This document shows, piece by piece, positions 37,096 through 51,120 of a stretch of 64,000 nt of DNA; position 1 is the stretch's first letter; every line of letters begins with the position of its first letter. The translations under genes were made by a program, and so were the position numbers. This stretch comes from the human T2T-CHM13v2.0 reference genome, Homo sapiens. The stretch is taken from NCBI RefSeq assembly GCF_009914755.1, contig NC_060925.1. One strand, written 5' to 3'. The notes below the pieces were generated by a model. It saw only the letters and a program-made list of their open reading frames with translations. It was not told where the DNA came from and searched no databases.

Positions 37096-40000
37096 TCTAT
37101 GGGCAGCTAATATTAGTTTCATTTTAATGTAGTAACTCAACGATTGCTGCATATTCACTGTAAATACTGAAATCAATTTTGCGCTGGTGCAGCTACAGAA
37201 ACAAGACCTGAAATAAGTCAGATTAAAGAAAAGTCTATTATATGCTGATTAAGCCACAATATATACCAAACTTCCTGGTACACATTGCTTATATAGTGTT
37301 ACTTCAAATGAAAAGAAAGAGACAAACCTCAGAAATATTGTTAAGGAAGCTCTAGCAGGACTTGATAACAATGAGTATAGGTTGTAAAGAGACAGAAAAG
37401 TAAATACACCTCCCATATTAACAATTTGTGATTATAAGGGGAATAGTATGCACAGAAAATAAAAGTTGGGATAGAAAACTGGCTTAGAAAAAAATATTTA
37501 GTACTGTTTGGCTCATCACTTGAATAATGGTGTCATCTTACAAATGACATATAAGCAGCAACAATAACAAAAAACTGACAGTGAAATACAGCATGTCTCC
37601 AGTGCCTTTCAATTAATTGTTGGATTTGAATTAAGTTCACACATCTTGTCTAAAAAGCTAAGATTTTTCTTTAATTGTAAAAAAATCACAGATGCTCTGG
37701 TATCAAAAATACATTTACCATTCAGAAATGTCAGGTAATGCTACTTCCATTAAAATAGAAATTCTGGGTTTAATATTTATCAATTTATAAAATAGTTTAC
37801 ATATATTATTAAACCCTCAAATTCTTGTATTCCAATTGAAATCCACATAGTCTAAAATTCTCTGCTTATATGCCTGTCTGCCCCACTAGCCTTTCAGCTT
37901 ACTGAGTATGATGACTGGCTATTACCCTTCTCAGTATCTCCAGGAACTTATATAAGGCATAAATATAGAGACTTGCAATAAATTGAATTGTATCTCCTTA
38001 GAGTGTAAGAGCCACAAGGGACCTCTATTTACAGATGCGCCTAGTGAAGTAAAAGAACAATCCATATTAAAGACTGAGTCAAGATTAGAACCAAGTCTCC
38101 TAACTCTATGACATCACCACACTCATACAAAAATATCACTACAATGAGGCTCCCGAATACTTTGAATTATCCATGACTTTACATTGCCTACGAGCCTACT
38201 TCTGATAAGAAACCATACTTGAAAGTAGCATAAGAGCAAGAATTAGAAGATGCATAAATAATATAGACCAGAGAGGCATAAGAGGTCAGAAGTTCAGTGT
38301 TTTGGATTTACTGGGTAAAACTGGTTTTCTTTAATTTCCATAGGAAAGATTACAGGATGCCCACATGTCAAGTAATTCTTTAATCATTAAGTTTGCTGTT
38401 TCCATTGAAATGTTATTCATCTCAAAGATATGTAAATTATCACCATCACTTTAATACAATGCTTCCTACACTTTCTCTGTCATTTTAAAGATTAAGACTG
38501 AAAATAAATTAAAAGCAGGGGTATGTTGCTATATAATAAGAGGTAATTTCATCAAATTAGTAACATTCAGATTCTAATGAGATTTCTTTATTATTTTATA
38601 CACAGAATATTTTCCTAAAGGAGCATACTAAACAAAACAATCTACCTTTTAAGACTTTTCTTAAATGGAGCATACCACTAGAAAACAAACAGCTATTATT
38701 TTTCATTTCAATCTAAATAACTGCAATAACTTCCAGGTGTTTAGAAAGAGGTACCTCCCAACACTACATAGTTCCACGCTTTCTTTAAACCTTCCTAACA
38801 CTTAGACTTACTCAAAGATATAAACATTATTCCAAAGGATGATAAATATTGCATCGTAATTAAGGTTACTGGGCTGGCACAGAAGAGAATTTGACTTAAT
38901 GGGAGACTTCTGTGATGGAAATTAATAAGTTTGCCACTTAATTACAAACAGTGTGGGTTGTGAGCAACATTCATACTATTTACACACTTGTTAAGATTTA
39001 AGTAAGAAAAGGCTTGATAATACATCTCTTATTTACTACGAAGCAAAATTAAAACTTGAAAACTAGAAACAATCTATATTTAACAATATCACAAAGAATG
39101 AAATAGCTCCGATTTCTTTTGCTTTAAAATTTGTTTTACTGAATATAATACATATTTATTTTTAAAAGTTTTAATCCGAATGAATGATAACCCCCTAAAA
39201 TGCAGGTTATAGAGCTGGATGAAGCATGTGAAAATTTTTAGAAACGTATGTAAATGGTGTTTCTCACAATTTATGGATCAGTTCTGTCTATCAATTCCAA
39301 ATTTGAGTTTTTGTCATAACCAGAATCTTGAAATGGTCAAAACATGTTGGTCTAGCAAATCAATATCTAACATGGACAACGCTAAGTAAATGTCCTTGGT
39401 TATTAAGTTAATTATATATTAACATATAAGTATGTTTAATATCAACAGTATCTTTTTAAAACTATTCCTTAGAAAATCTTTCTTGATACTGTCTTACAAT
39501 TCATCTTTTTTCACATTCAGGCCCATTGTTTGGTAATTTTAAATTACTTCAAACTATACTAGAGGAACTAAGAAATCCAAATATCTAGAGTTTTAAAATG
39601 TTAATTCAAACTTTAGGCAGCCTTTTAAAAAGCTGCCTTTCCAAGACTGCTAGGCAAATGGCCAACAACAACATTTTAACTGTCCAAAAATCTGACGGCT
39701 GAATAAAAATTTGAATTTTACTAGCAAATGAATTAAGAGAAACAGCTAAAGTGTTGCTTCTAGAAAGGGAAATAGGAGAAGATGGAGAGGGGTGAGGTGA
39801 AAGCTAGACCCAGTGGGCACTGGAGAGAGGATAGCTAACATCTATTTCCAACTCCCTATTCTTAGGGAGGGCTTAAAATCAGCAACAGAGGCTGTATTTA
39901 CCCCAGGGTAATCAGGAAGGGCTACACATCAGGATGTCCCTTCTCTGCACCATCCCTCCCCTAACTCCCATTTACTAGTTTACCATCATATCACTGGGAG

Positions 40001-40200
40001 GAATAGAACCACTATTCCACAAAGTTGTTTATTTATTTTTAAATGTTTATGATATGCATGTACTATCATGATGGAAATCAAACACATTTAAAGATGTCAT
40101 TATTAAAACAATGGAATAATTCAGAAATGATTATACAGGATCCACTGGGTGGCAAGGTAATCATAACATTTCAGTGACAATATCTTAATCATAATGGAAG

Positions 40201-40706
40201 TGTGGGAGACCAGAATATACCTTCCCAAAATATGAAGGGTTATTGCACTGAAGGCAGTTAAGAAGAAACACAGGAGAGTTCTCTGGCCTCCCTTTATTTG
40301 CCTAAAAGCAGTAGATAGATTTACAAAGAAAATGGTATCCTGCCCACCTCTCTACCAAAAAGAAAAAAGGTTAACCACCAAAGACAGCTTTAGACCCTTA
40401 TCAGCCTAGCAACAGTACCAGAGGAATTTATATTAACAAGTTTTACTAACTTTTGTCTGCCATGCATTTGCCTTCTCCTCAAGTTGCCATCCTTTGTCTT
40501 TTCAGTTCTCTAAAAATGTACTGTTCTTTGTTGAAGGAGCTATTTCAAAACCACTTCTGGGAAAACTACTCATTCTCTGGGTATCTCCCATGTACTTGTG
40601 AAATATATATGTTAATCAGCTTGTTTACTTTTCTCTTGTTAATCCATCTTTCATAATAGGGGTATGTTCCAACTAAGAACCTACTGAAAGTTATTACTCC
40701 CTTACA
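40201..40706 (+). mobile_element. ERV1 solo LTR, MER34 group
   Basis: tgtgggagaccagaatataccttcccaaaatatg start; ...ttactcccttaca end. Confidence 0.8.
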
Positions 40707-42435
40707 GTTTGTACTCAAAATTCCATATCAATCCAAATCAGTTGCCATGGGTATTAAAAGGCACTACTGATCTTGAGTAATAGCAAGGGCACCTGCATAG
40801 TCAATGTAATCTAATTTCTCCAGGAAAGTTGACTTACACAATTAAAGTTACCAAACCTAAAATTATATTTATTTTAAGCCCAATATATGTTTTTATGGAA
40901 GTATACTATTTTAGAATTGATAAAATAAAGAATTTCATAGATTCTGGATTTATTTCACTTTCAGATTAACTGAGAACTAGACTAGAATTGCTTTGTTTTG
41001 AACACTGTAGTGCAAATTATAATTACCCAATATGCACCTCTAACTATTTGCTCCTGTAGCATAATTAATTCAAAATTATACAGGACTAAAGATGCAAAGG
41101 GAGCAAGGGTTAGACTAATATAAAATTAACCTTAGATCATATCCTTGTCATTATATTTTTTCAGTCCTCAATATGAACTGGTTTTCTTGACAATGACATC
41201 ATTATCATTATAAAGTAGAAATAAAAAGAAAAATGTCCTTCAGTCAAGGGCTCCAGTGAATCAGTTTTATAACACATCTAAATGTATACAGACTTTAAAG
41301 AAAAGAAAACACGATATAGAATCCCAAAACCAATTCCAGTCCGGTAATCCAGTTTGCCTATTTCTTTTTCCAAATTTCCCAACAAATAAAGATTCTGTCC
41401 TGTCAGCTGCCAAAGTGGCCGGCAAAGGACAAAACTGGTCATTTGACATGATGTAGAGAAGTGATTGATGATATCTCATCAGCTCCCGCCACTGCAACCA
41501 TCTGGCCTGTGGATTAGACGCCATTCATACCTTGCTTCATTTACACATGTGAAGGACTCCTTGAAGAACCGAATATTAAACATCTTATTGAGAAACTCAG
41601 TGAATACATACGGTCAGGAAAAATGAGGTAACTTTTGAAGGACTTCCCACTTCTATACCTCTATGATTCCTAATTTTCATGTCATGTATTTTAATGTCTG
41701 AATAAACAGCAATGTAAAACTGAGCTCATATTCATTGATTTTAGTTTCCAGTTCACTACTGACTTTAATCAAACCATTTAACCTTTCTATGTCCTTGGTT
41801 TCACCATTTCTGAAACGGATACATCTTTTTAAGACTGGAAACATGTTCTTAAGTAGGGAACAAGAAAAAAAAATGCTCTGAGTGCATAGATCCATGATGA
41901 TCCCTATTAATTCTAACTCTGCCAGCTCCTATACTTACACCTGCCTCACACCTGACCCATTTCAGCCAGGACAGCCTTCCTTCACCTGTCCTTGGAAAAT
42001 GATCACCTAATTCATTTTCTGGCCCCTAAATTACTGGATATTGAGGTGAAGGTGAAGGGAAACTGTAACAAAACTTATATGAATTTCTTTATCATTTATT
42101 AAATATAATCTAAATAATGGTGTAAAACTAAATTATTAAGTTGCATGAATGTGAATTTATAACATGCTTATTTTAACTCTTACACCATAATTCTGAACCA
42201 TCATCCCCAAGTACTTATGACTTTCTGTCTTGATATATAATTATTGGTGAAATTGCCTCATCTTCTGTTCTGTATCAAAAGCACATTTAGAGGAGATGCA
42301 TTTATCTTTCTAACCAGACTCTAAGTGGTACTTAATATAGTTCCCAAGATACAGCAAGTACTTAAAAATTACTTATAAAATTGAACTATGGAATAATATG
42401 TTTTGTTGGTAACTTAAGCTTTCGAAAAATGTATA

Positions 42436-43097
42436 CAGGAGTCCACCCTAATCCACGGGGATATGTTCCAAGACTCCCCCAGTGGATGTCTGAAACTGCA
42501 GATAGTATTGAACCCTACATATATATTTGTTTTCAATGCTTTTTCCGTTGTAACTGAGCACTTCTCATGAACTGTAACTTTTACAGCCTGTGGTGCAACT
42601 GCAAAACTTGCAAGAATTTCTTTTTCCTTCTTCACAGCTTCAGGGACAGAAGATTCATTCTTACCATAGATCTTAGCAATCTCAGTATCTTTCCTTAAGT
42701 AAAGAATTTTCACATTTTCACTTGAGGAAGCACTTTACTGCTTCTCTTTGGCATATATGAATTGTCTCCATCACTACTGTTGCACTCTAGAGCCATTATT
42801 AAGTAAAATATGCGTTTCTTGAATACAAAGGACTCCAATATTGCCACAGTCATCTGAGAACTAGCATGGTTACTAAGTGACTAGCAGGCAGGGAGCTTAG
42901 AAAGTGTGGAGACCCTGGCTGGACAAAGCGATGAGTCATGGGCTGGGCAGGAAGGAGCGGAACAATGAAAGATTTCATCACATTACCCAAAATCGTGCAA
43001 TTTAAAACTTATGAATTATTTATTTCTGGAATTTCACATTTAATATTTTCAGACCTAAAACTACAAAAAGCAAAAATTGGATGAAGGGGAACTGCTG
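42436..43097 (-). mobile_element. MER44/Tigger7 DNA transposon derivative with transposase N-terminal remnant
   Basis: Degenerate TIRs caggagtccaccctaatcc / ggatgaaggggaactgctg. ORF 42414-42713 (EIAKIYGKNESSV..VKKEKEILASFAVAPQ) is a pogo/Tigger HTH region. Confidence 0.9.
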
Positions 43098-43219
43098 TGT
43101 TTAATTTTTAGTGTGGGTTTTAAAAAATTATCTACCTGGTTCTTTTCCATATTTGATAACAAACATCTTTTCCCTTCATATAAGGACTGTGCATATCTGT
43201 AAGTTAAGCAACTTCATGA

Positions 43220-43385
43220 TAGTAACAGCTTACATTTGCATTTGTTCTTAACTTATTTCTTCCAAACAACAACATTATAAGATAAGCAGAACAAGGATCA
43301 CGATCTCGATTTTATAGATGGGGAAATTAGCTTAAGTTCACAAAGCTCAAAAGTGCCAGAACCAGGACTTTAATAGCATATTTAG
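43220..43385 (-). mobile_element. MIR SINE
   Basis: attttatagatggggaaatt...aagtgccagaaccaggactt. Confidence 0.6.
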
Positions 43386-43633
43386 GATTCTTCATATTTA
43401 GGAATAGTCAACCCCAATTACTTCCTTCAACTACAAAAATTTGAATTTAATAAATACTGTCTCTTACAAATGTTAGTTATCCCCAGTCTCATTTATTCCT
43501 AATATCAAAGTATCTGAGGTCCTCCCCTGCTTCCTCCTCCCTCCCTTCCTTACGTTCTTTGTCCTTCCTCTTTCCTTCCTTCCTTTCTTCCTTCCACAAA
43601 TATCCCAGCTCCTTTGCAGTTCACATCAAAATT

Positions 43634-43880
43634 TGTATTCATTTTCTTGGGCTGCCATTAAAAAAATTACACAAACTTAGTGGCTTAAAACAGAAATTTA
43701 CTGCCTCACTCATTCTCAAGTCTAGAAGTCTAAAGTAAAGGTGTCAACCTTGTCATATTCCCTCTGAAATCTGTAGGGGAGAATTCTTTGTTGTCTCTTC
43801 TAGGTTCTGGCAATCCTTGTTATCCTCTGGCTGGTTGATGCATCACTCCAATCACTGTCTGCATAGTCATAAGGCTATCT
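43634..43880 (-). mobile_element. MaLR LTR fragment (MLT1C/D-like)
   Basis: tgtattcattttcttgggctgcc...cacaaacttagtggcttaaaacagaaattta. Confidence 0.8.
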
Positions 43881-44188
43881 TTTCATTTTTTTCCCCTTTC
43901 TTTTTGGAGACAAGGCGTCACTCTGTTGCCCAAGCTGGAGTGCAGTGGTGTAATCATGGCTTACTGCAGCTTCCATCTCTCAGGCTCAAGCAATCCTCCC
44001 GCCTCAGCCTCCCAAGTAGCTAGGATTACAGGCACACACCAGCACACCAATCTAATTTTGGTATGTGTTGTAGAGATGGGGTTTTGCCCTATTGCCCGGG
44101 CTGGTCTTGAACTCCTGAGTTCAAACAATCCACACCACTTGGCCTCCCAAAGTGCTGGGATTACAGGCGTAAGTCATCGTACCTGGCC
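43881..44188 (-). mobile_element. AluJ
   Basis: T-tail, ggctcaagcaatcctcccgcctcagcctccc..., ends cctggcc. Confidence 0.95.
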
Positions 44189-44249
44189 TGGCTGTCCTTT
44201 CTTATGTATCTTCCCATCATATTTCCTCTGTGTTCTACTCCCTATAACT

Positions 44250-46170
44250 CAGTGCTTCTGTCATCTACCAACCCCAGGGGGTTGCCACCACACCCTCTAC
44301 CCAGATTCAGTGAGAATTTAACATCTAATTCTCTATGTCTTCAACTCCACTCAATTTTTTACACCAGTCTTAGTGACTTCAACAGACTCTTGGCTCATTT
44401 AGCATCTGCCTCTTTTTACTCACCATCTCACCACCAATAATTCTTGTTCTTCCACCCCACTGCAGCCACCATCACCCTTGGTTATAGTCTTGACTTTACC
44501 ATGATTATCGCACTATCTCTAAAAGCTTTATTTCAAACATACCACTCCAATCTTTACCTCTGACAACATTCCACTTTCCAAGAATTATCTGACCTTCCTG
44601 AAACCATCAATCCATGGAGCGTATCACTGGTGTTTTCAGTAGTCATCTCATTCTCCTATGCTGACGTCCCTCAGATCAGCTTCCATGATACACTATTATG
44701 ACTTCTTCACAACATCCTTAATTCCCTACTCTTCTCTCACTCCAACTTTATTGCCCAAGCAAAACTAATCCACTTAAACTTATCTCTTTACATCTTCTTT
44801 GCCTGAACCCAAGCAGTTAAAAGTGGATGGAGAACAATCCACTATTATGTTCACTGCTCTCATGTTCAATTCTTGACTGCAAGCATCAAGTAGAAAATAA
44901 ATACTGCCTAACAATCCTACTATACTTATTATTTTCATTATCCTACTTTACAGAAAATCTATTCATACTTTCACCTGTTCTTCAAACTTTTACAGCCTGT
45001 TTTCCTCTCACCCTCAGTTGGTAATCCTGCCTCATACTCTTATTGAGAAAATTAAAACCATCCATCGGAAGAGGGAACTTATTTTTTGTTCCGCCACCCA
45101 ATGTGCCACCTCTGTCTCACCACCTATTCTAAACCTTATATTATCAATCCTATTCCCTCTCACCAAAAGAATCCCTTTATACAAGTAATTATCCTGTCTA
45201 TGTCTTTCAACTCTAGTTTCCCCACTGCAACTCTTCCCTTAATATATGTACCTGCTCTGTTATCCCTCTCCAGCTACTTCCCTATTTTCTGTTCCCCTTT
45301 ACAGGAAAACTTTTCTCCAGCATTTCCCAATGCCATTGTCTTACTTCCTCACATTCTATTTTCTTCTCAAACCATTTTTATTAGGCTTCTTTCCCCAATG
45401 GCTATTGTCAAGCTCACACTTTTTCAATGTTACTAAGTTAAAAGAAATCTTTATGCCCTCAACTTACCCTCCCAACAGCAGACAAGAAAGTTGACTATAT
45501 ACACATCCTTCCTCCTCCCTTGGTTTCTTGGCTATCTTCTCCTCTTCTTAATGCCTAAAGTCCTCAGTCCCTTGTTGAGCTACGCTGTCTTTAAGTAATC
45601 TTACTCAGTCCCAAGACTTTAAATAACATCTTTATGTCAATAATTCCTCAATTTCTATCTCCAGCTACGGCTTCTTTACAGACATCCAAAAGTTTACTTT
45701 CAGCTGCCTACGTGGTATCTTTACTGTGCTATCTAATAGTGATTTCAAACTGAATGCCATTACATATTAAATTTGTGTTCCCCACACCTCTTACTTTTTT
45801 TGTTTACCAAAGTTCAGTCCCACCTCTTTGATTTGCTTTCATTTTTCCTCAAAAGCCCCTAGCAGACTTCTTATGATCTTCTAGATTTCAGTTCAAATGT
45901 CACCTCTACAGGGAGGCCTTCTCTGACTACCATGTGAAAAAAGACCCTACTAGCCATTCTGCATCACATTTTCTTGGTTTATTTTTACAAAAGCTCATGA
46001 TATTATCTGAAATTACTGTATATTAAAGAAATTTTTTTTACTATTGTTCCTCCATTAGAATGCAATTTTATTGACTGCAGAATTCTTTTCTGTCTTGTTT
46101 GAAAATGTGTTTACAACATCTAGACCAGTGCTTAGCACATTAGGAAAAAATTAATATTTTAGATTTAAAA
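44250..46170 (+). mobile_element. Long degraded L2 (ORF2 region to 3' end)
   Basis: Pyrimidine-rich L2-like body; 3' end cagttcaaatgtcacctctacagggaggccttctctgac...ctagaccagtgcttagcacat. Confidence 0.75.
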
Positions 46171-46269
46171 AAAGAGAGTAAATTCCTGTGTTTTAAAGAA
46201 GACTAAAATAACATATTGTCAAAGAGATAAATCACTGAAGTCAAACAATAGGTGGTAGCCATTATTAAT

Positions 46270-46530
46270 AATTTAATACCTAATATTAATTGCATACTTG
46301 CCACATGCTGGAACTATTAAAAAGGATGAATCTGTAGTATTTTCTTCAACCACACAACAATCCTGTAATGTAAGTATGATTTCTATCCCCACTTTTACAA
46401 TGAGAAAACTGAAACAAAAAATGTTTAAGTTATTTGCCAAGGTCAAAACTAGTAAGTGGCAGAGCTAGGATGTGAACATTAGCACTCTAATTCCAGAGTC
46501 TATACTCTTAACCACAAATCTATGCTGTCC
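46270..46530 (-). mobile_element. MIR SINE
   Basis: ccccacttttacaatgagaaaactgaaac...tttgccaaggtcaaaactagtaagtggcagagctagga. Confidence 0.88.
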
Positions 46531-49500
46531 TTTCACTACAATCAGACTAAATATTAATTATCTGTTACTCATCATCAATAAATATTATAAAGGACAGAGG
46601 TTATCAGTCTACTGCTGTTTCTGAATTTATCTGAGGTTTGGGGAGATTTTATGTTTCCAAGATAACATTCATTTTGTTGTGATCTCATGATACATTAGCA
46701 TCTAGTTTTCTTAAAATCTGTTATACTTCTACTTTTCTTATTTGTATTCTTATTTACATTTTTTTATTTTACTCTTACATTAAAATGTTTTTAAAATAAT
46801 TTGTTTAAAATAAAACCCAAAATATTTTAAAATGTGGAAAAATGTTTAAAATTTACCAATATTCAAACAAATACAAATTAAACGAATCACACAAAAGTTT
46901 CACCTAATTGTTTATTTAAAAAATAATTTTTATTAACACTTGAAAGGGTATCATTTTATACATACTCATACAGCTGCTAGCAGCTATATTAATTAGTAGT
47001 ACTATGTAGACATCAACTTGAAAATATTTCAAATCCTTAAAGTAGTCATACCTACCATTGATGATTCCCTTCTAGGATCCTATAATATTGTGATCTTAAG
47101 CATAAAGGATGCTTAAGTTTTGTTTCTTACTGTCCAGTCTTGGAATGAAAGGGGTGATGGGCACTAATTTTCATGAGCTACATACAAATTTTTCTCTGCA
47201 AATGTTTTTATCTCTTTCAGAAAAGACAGAGCCTTAAGCATACCAATGTCTGGAGTCTGGGTTGCAAGTAAACTTTAGCTTTAAAATGTAGCAAAAATCA
47301 AGAGTCATTTTGGTTGGCACACCCAAGGAAGAAGTATGTTTTGCTTCATTTAATTTGTATGTGGGAGAAAAATGTGTTGAGTCAAAAGTAGTTACACTCA
47401 CGGACCCTTTCTTCTCTGAGTACCAGGAAGAAAAAAAAAAGAAAATGTACACACACATGCTAGTGCATATGCACATGCACACACATGACAACCCATACTT
47501 CAAAGTAAAGGCAGGCTAGGATAAAATAATTCTTTGAGAATCTGGTCTGCCAGAGTGGTTTGTTCTTGGGGTGAGGGTGAGAAGGCTGGGATAATATAAA
47601 AGTTTCCATCACATAATGAGACAGCTGCAGTTAGTATTACATTTACTCATTCTAGATAACAACCTGAGATTTATCCATTCACGACAATAATCTGAGGTTT
47701 ATGAATGTTCCATCCAAGATAACAACCTGAGGTCCAACCTTACTCTTCCTTTTCTCCCAGGGCAGAAAAAATTAGGAACCATGCACGCTGTCAAGCCATT
47801 CTCCAGAAAGAAACGCTATTATCAGCACTGAGTTAAAAGGAAGTCACATCCACATCAAAGGGAACTACATCCAGATGCCTGCCCGTTCTGTTACCTAGAA
47901 TCAGTGTTAGGAAGATGAGGCAAACGGTTAAACTGGTTCCATTTCCATTTTGCTCCTTCTGTCTTTGCACCCCAAAATGGTCCCCTTTTCCTTTTTTAAA
48001 ACATATTTTTAAAGACACTTAATTCAGTTGAAGCATGCAAACGAGAACGGCAGAACCAAAATGCACTATATATCATTGAGCCAACACTCTCAAGTGTATT
48101 TCCAGCACAATGCTTTAAGCAAATAAAAAAAAATTGTGCTGAAACATTGTTCTTAATAACTGACTACTAAAAAACAAGGTAAATGTATGATAATAAGAGA
48201 GAGGCTTGAATACATTTTGATATCTCCACTCACAAGGAATGTTACGCCGTGACTTAAAACTGAAGTTAATATGAATATAAAGAAATGCTTTTGATAGGAC
48301 AAGAAAACAAATATCAAATTATATATGACTAAAAGTATTTAGGGAAAGATTACCTCGTGCACAGGAAAGAAATGTACTACATCAATATTACGTGGATGAC
48401 TTGAGTGGGATGACTATGTATCTTTGGGGTCATCTTTTGATTTTAGTTTTTTGTATGTTTTAAATCTTCTGTAATAATCATGAAAAATAATTTAAAAATC
48501 AAATCGGGGAAATAAAGCATAATAAAAGTTAACACTTTTATTACACTAAGGTTACACTAAAAGTTAACAGGAATGAACATTTTGTGGTGAACGGTAACAC
48601 ACGTTACCCCTAGAGATCTGTAAGGGGAACTGAATGCCTTTCTTCTTTGAACTGTGGAGAAGTTTAAATTTTTACCCCAGCACTCCTCAATATTTGGCAT
48701 AGAGAAATATCTGAAAGAAGTCCCGCAAAGCTCTCAGGTCACTGTGGTACAAGGAGTCAGATTAGTATAGCTTGAATTCTGCGGACCCCATTGCTTATGC
48801 CATGGTTTTCACCTACAATCATCAATCAACAAACACACTGAAGAAATTGGCATAAAGAGTCCCATCTCCTTTTTCGAATCTCTGGTCTTAATTTCTAGTT
48901 AAAGACAGCATAATCCTAAACATACAAAATGTAAATTTGTTAATTCCAGATCACCCTTACACAGAACTCCAGCCATATATAGTACGATTGAACTTTTCTT
49001 GTATTCTCAGGCGAAATTTAGATTTAGCTACTTCATCAGATTAAAAAAGAAAAGGCAGCAAGCAGACATTAAACAAGTTTAAAATCAGGTGAATAAGCAC
49101 ATGAAATTCATACAGCTGGTATAAATAGTACACTCAATCCTACCAAGTATGTAAATCGAGGAGCCAATATCTCAGCATTTCCTTAATATGAACACACACC
49201 AGGTCACATTTCCAAACAATTTCACCATTGCCATATTTTATTTCAAACCATCCTTAAAAGACTGATCAACAGCAAACTCACTGAAGATCAGAAAACTCTT
49301 CACAGTGGCTGAATGATTCCCACAAGGTCAGAGAGCAAGGGATCTATGGCATAGAGCAAAATTATCCCCAGGCTTATCCTGTATCTTGGGAAATGTACTT
49401 ATTTTAATTAACAAATAGTAAATACACATTCTACTATTTTGCTGGCAATTTTCACACGACCTTTTCATTAGGCATGGTAATGTTTCTATAAATTTTAACA

Positions 49501-50879
49501 TGCTACAATTTTTCATGTCAGTCTTAAAGAATTTCATAAAGATTAAGATCTACCGGGTGAGTCAATTCTGTGTAGGTACACTGAGTTGTAAGTTGGAGGA
49601 TAAAGTTTTGGGAGAGAAGTAAAAGTGCTGGGGGCTTTGAGGGGTTGAGGTGGAGGAGAACCAGCAGAGAGAGGTGAGGAATAAAACATGGGGGGGAGGA
49701 GGAAGTGCAGTCAGGGCTCCATCCATGATCGCCTCCTATATAAATCAGGCCTGGAGTTGACATGTAATTTTGTGTGGGTCCCCTGAGAAGTGGCCCTCAG
49801 GGATTAATTATTGATGAAGAGATTTTTCTTCAAAGTGGCCCAGTCAAGAGTGCCTCAAGGGGACATTCATAAGTGCTTATAATATCAATTTCCAAGCACC
49901 TGGGAGGTAGGGACACAGATTGTCTCTTTAATTATTATGATGGAGGTAAAGTCTAGCAAAAATGCTGTTACACAGCCAAGGTAAAATTCTCAAAGAAATG
50001 AAATTATTATAGCTAGTATAAAAAGTGTAATATATGAGTCATCTCTCAGTAAGATCACACTTTACCTTTTCCTGGTGCAAAATAGGTTATCTCCAACCAA
50101 CTGTTTCCTAGGAGCTAAAAGAGTTATTCATAAGCAAATGCAGTGTGTTTAGGGATGCTTAAAAGTTTAGAAAAAAATTGTTTTTGAAGCTAATATGTTT
50201 GCTTAGAAAGAAGATGAGTTTACTCCAGTTAGCACATGGAAATACAAGGGTTTGTTTTAATTATGTAGGAATTTCTTTTCAGAAAAAAATTAATGTCAAA
50301 TGCCTTCTACATTTCTATGAGAATGCCAAAAAATAATTTTCACCTATGCATTAGCCCTGATCTAGTCTCAAAAACACTCAGAAAAACACAGAAGAATCAA
50401 TCCATATGTATGTTGCAGTAAAAAAAGGATGGGGCTAGCCTGGATTTGAATCTTATTAACCTACGTAATAGATGTGAATAGTCATGTATAAACAAAACCT
50501 AGGCCATATACTTCCTTTGTACCATCTGAAACTTACACCAGTGGGCTCGCAGTACAACAGGTACTAAAAACATATTTTTAGACAGAAATGAAATGAAATG
50601 GGTCTCTTTAAATTGATCTGAATTTCAGAAACTCCCCAATCTCCCTCATAATATTGACAAATGTTAATTCAGTAACTTTTTCACAATAGATATATGCAAC
50701 ATTTATAAATCTATAATGCACCTCTTTCATAATCTTTTAACTTCATTAACTCCTCCCTTTCTCATAGATTCTAACAGACTTCAATACCACTAGTTGATTA
50801 CTAGAGCAAAAACAAATTCTTGCCAATTGATGTTTATATAATGTACATGATAGACGCAGTAATAACATTTAAAATAAGT

Positions 50880-51120
50880 GTAACCAATTAAAAAAGCATA
50901 TATTTATGTGACAAATGCTGTCTGAAGCATTTTGTGTATGTGACTCCAATTAATCCTTATAGCTATTGCATGAAATACATAGGATTAAATTCAATTCACA
51001 GAAGAAGAAATGGCAGTCCAAGAAAGAAGCTGACCACAGTCACACAAATAAAATAAAATAGTGCCAGGATTCTAACCCAGGTCTGTTTAAATACAATGTT
51101 TTCTTTTTGTACTAACCATG
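50880..51120 (-). mobile_element. MIR SINE
   Basis: ttaatccttatagc...cacagaagaagaaatgg...gtcacaca...ccaggattctaacccaggtctg. Confidence 0.6.

Noticed and set aside
42414-42713. Transposase-like ORF as a domesticated TIGD-type gene
   Set aside because: Short, deleted remnant inside a MER44/Tigger7 element with no catalytic domain.
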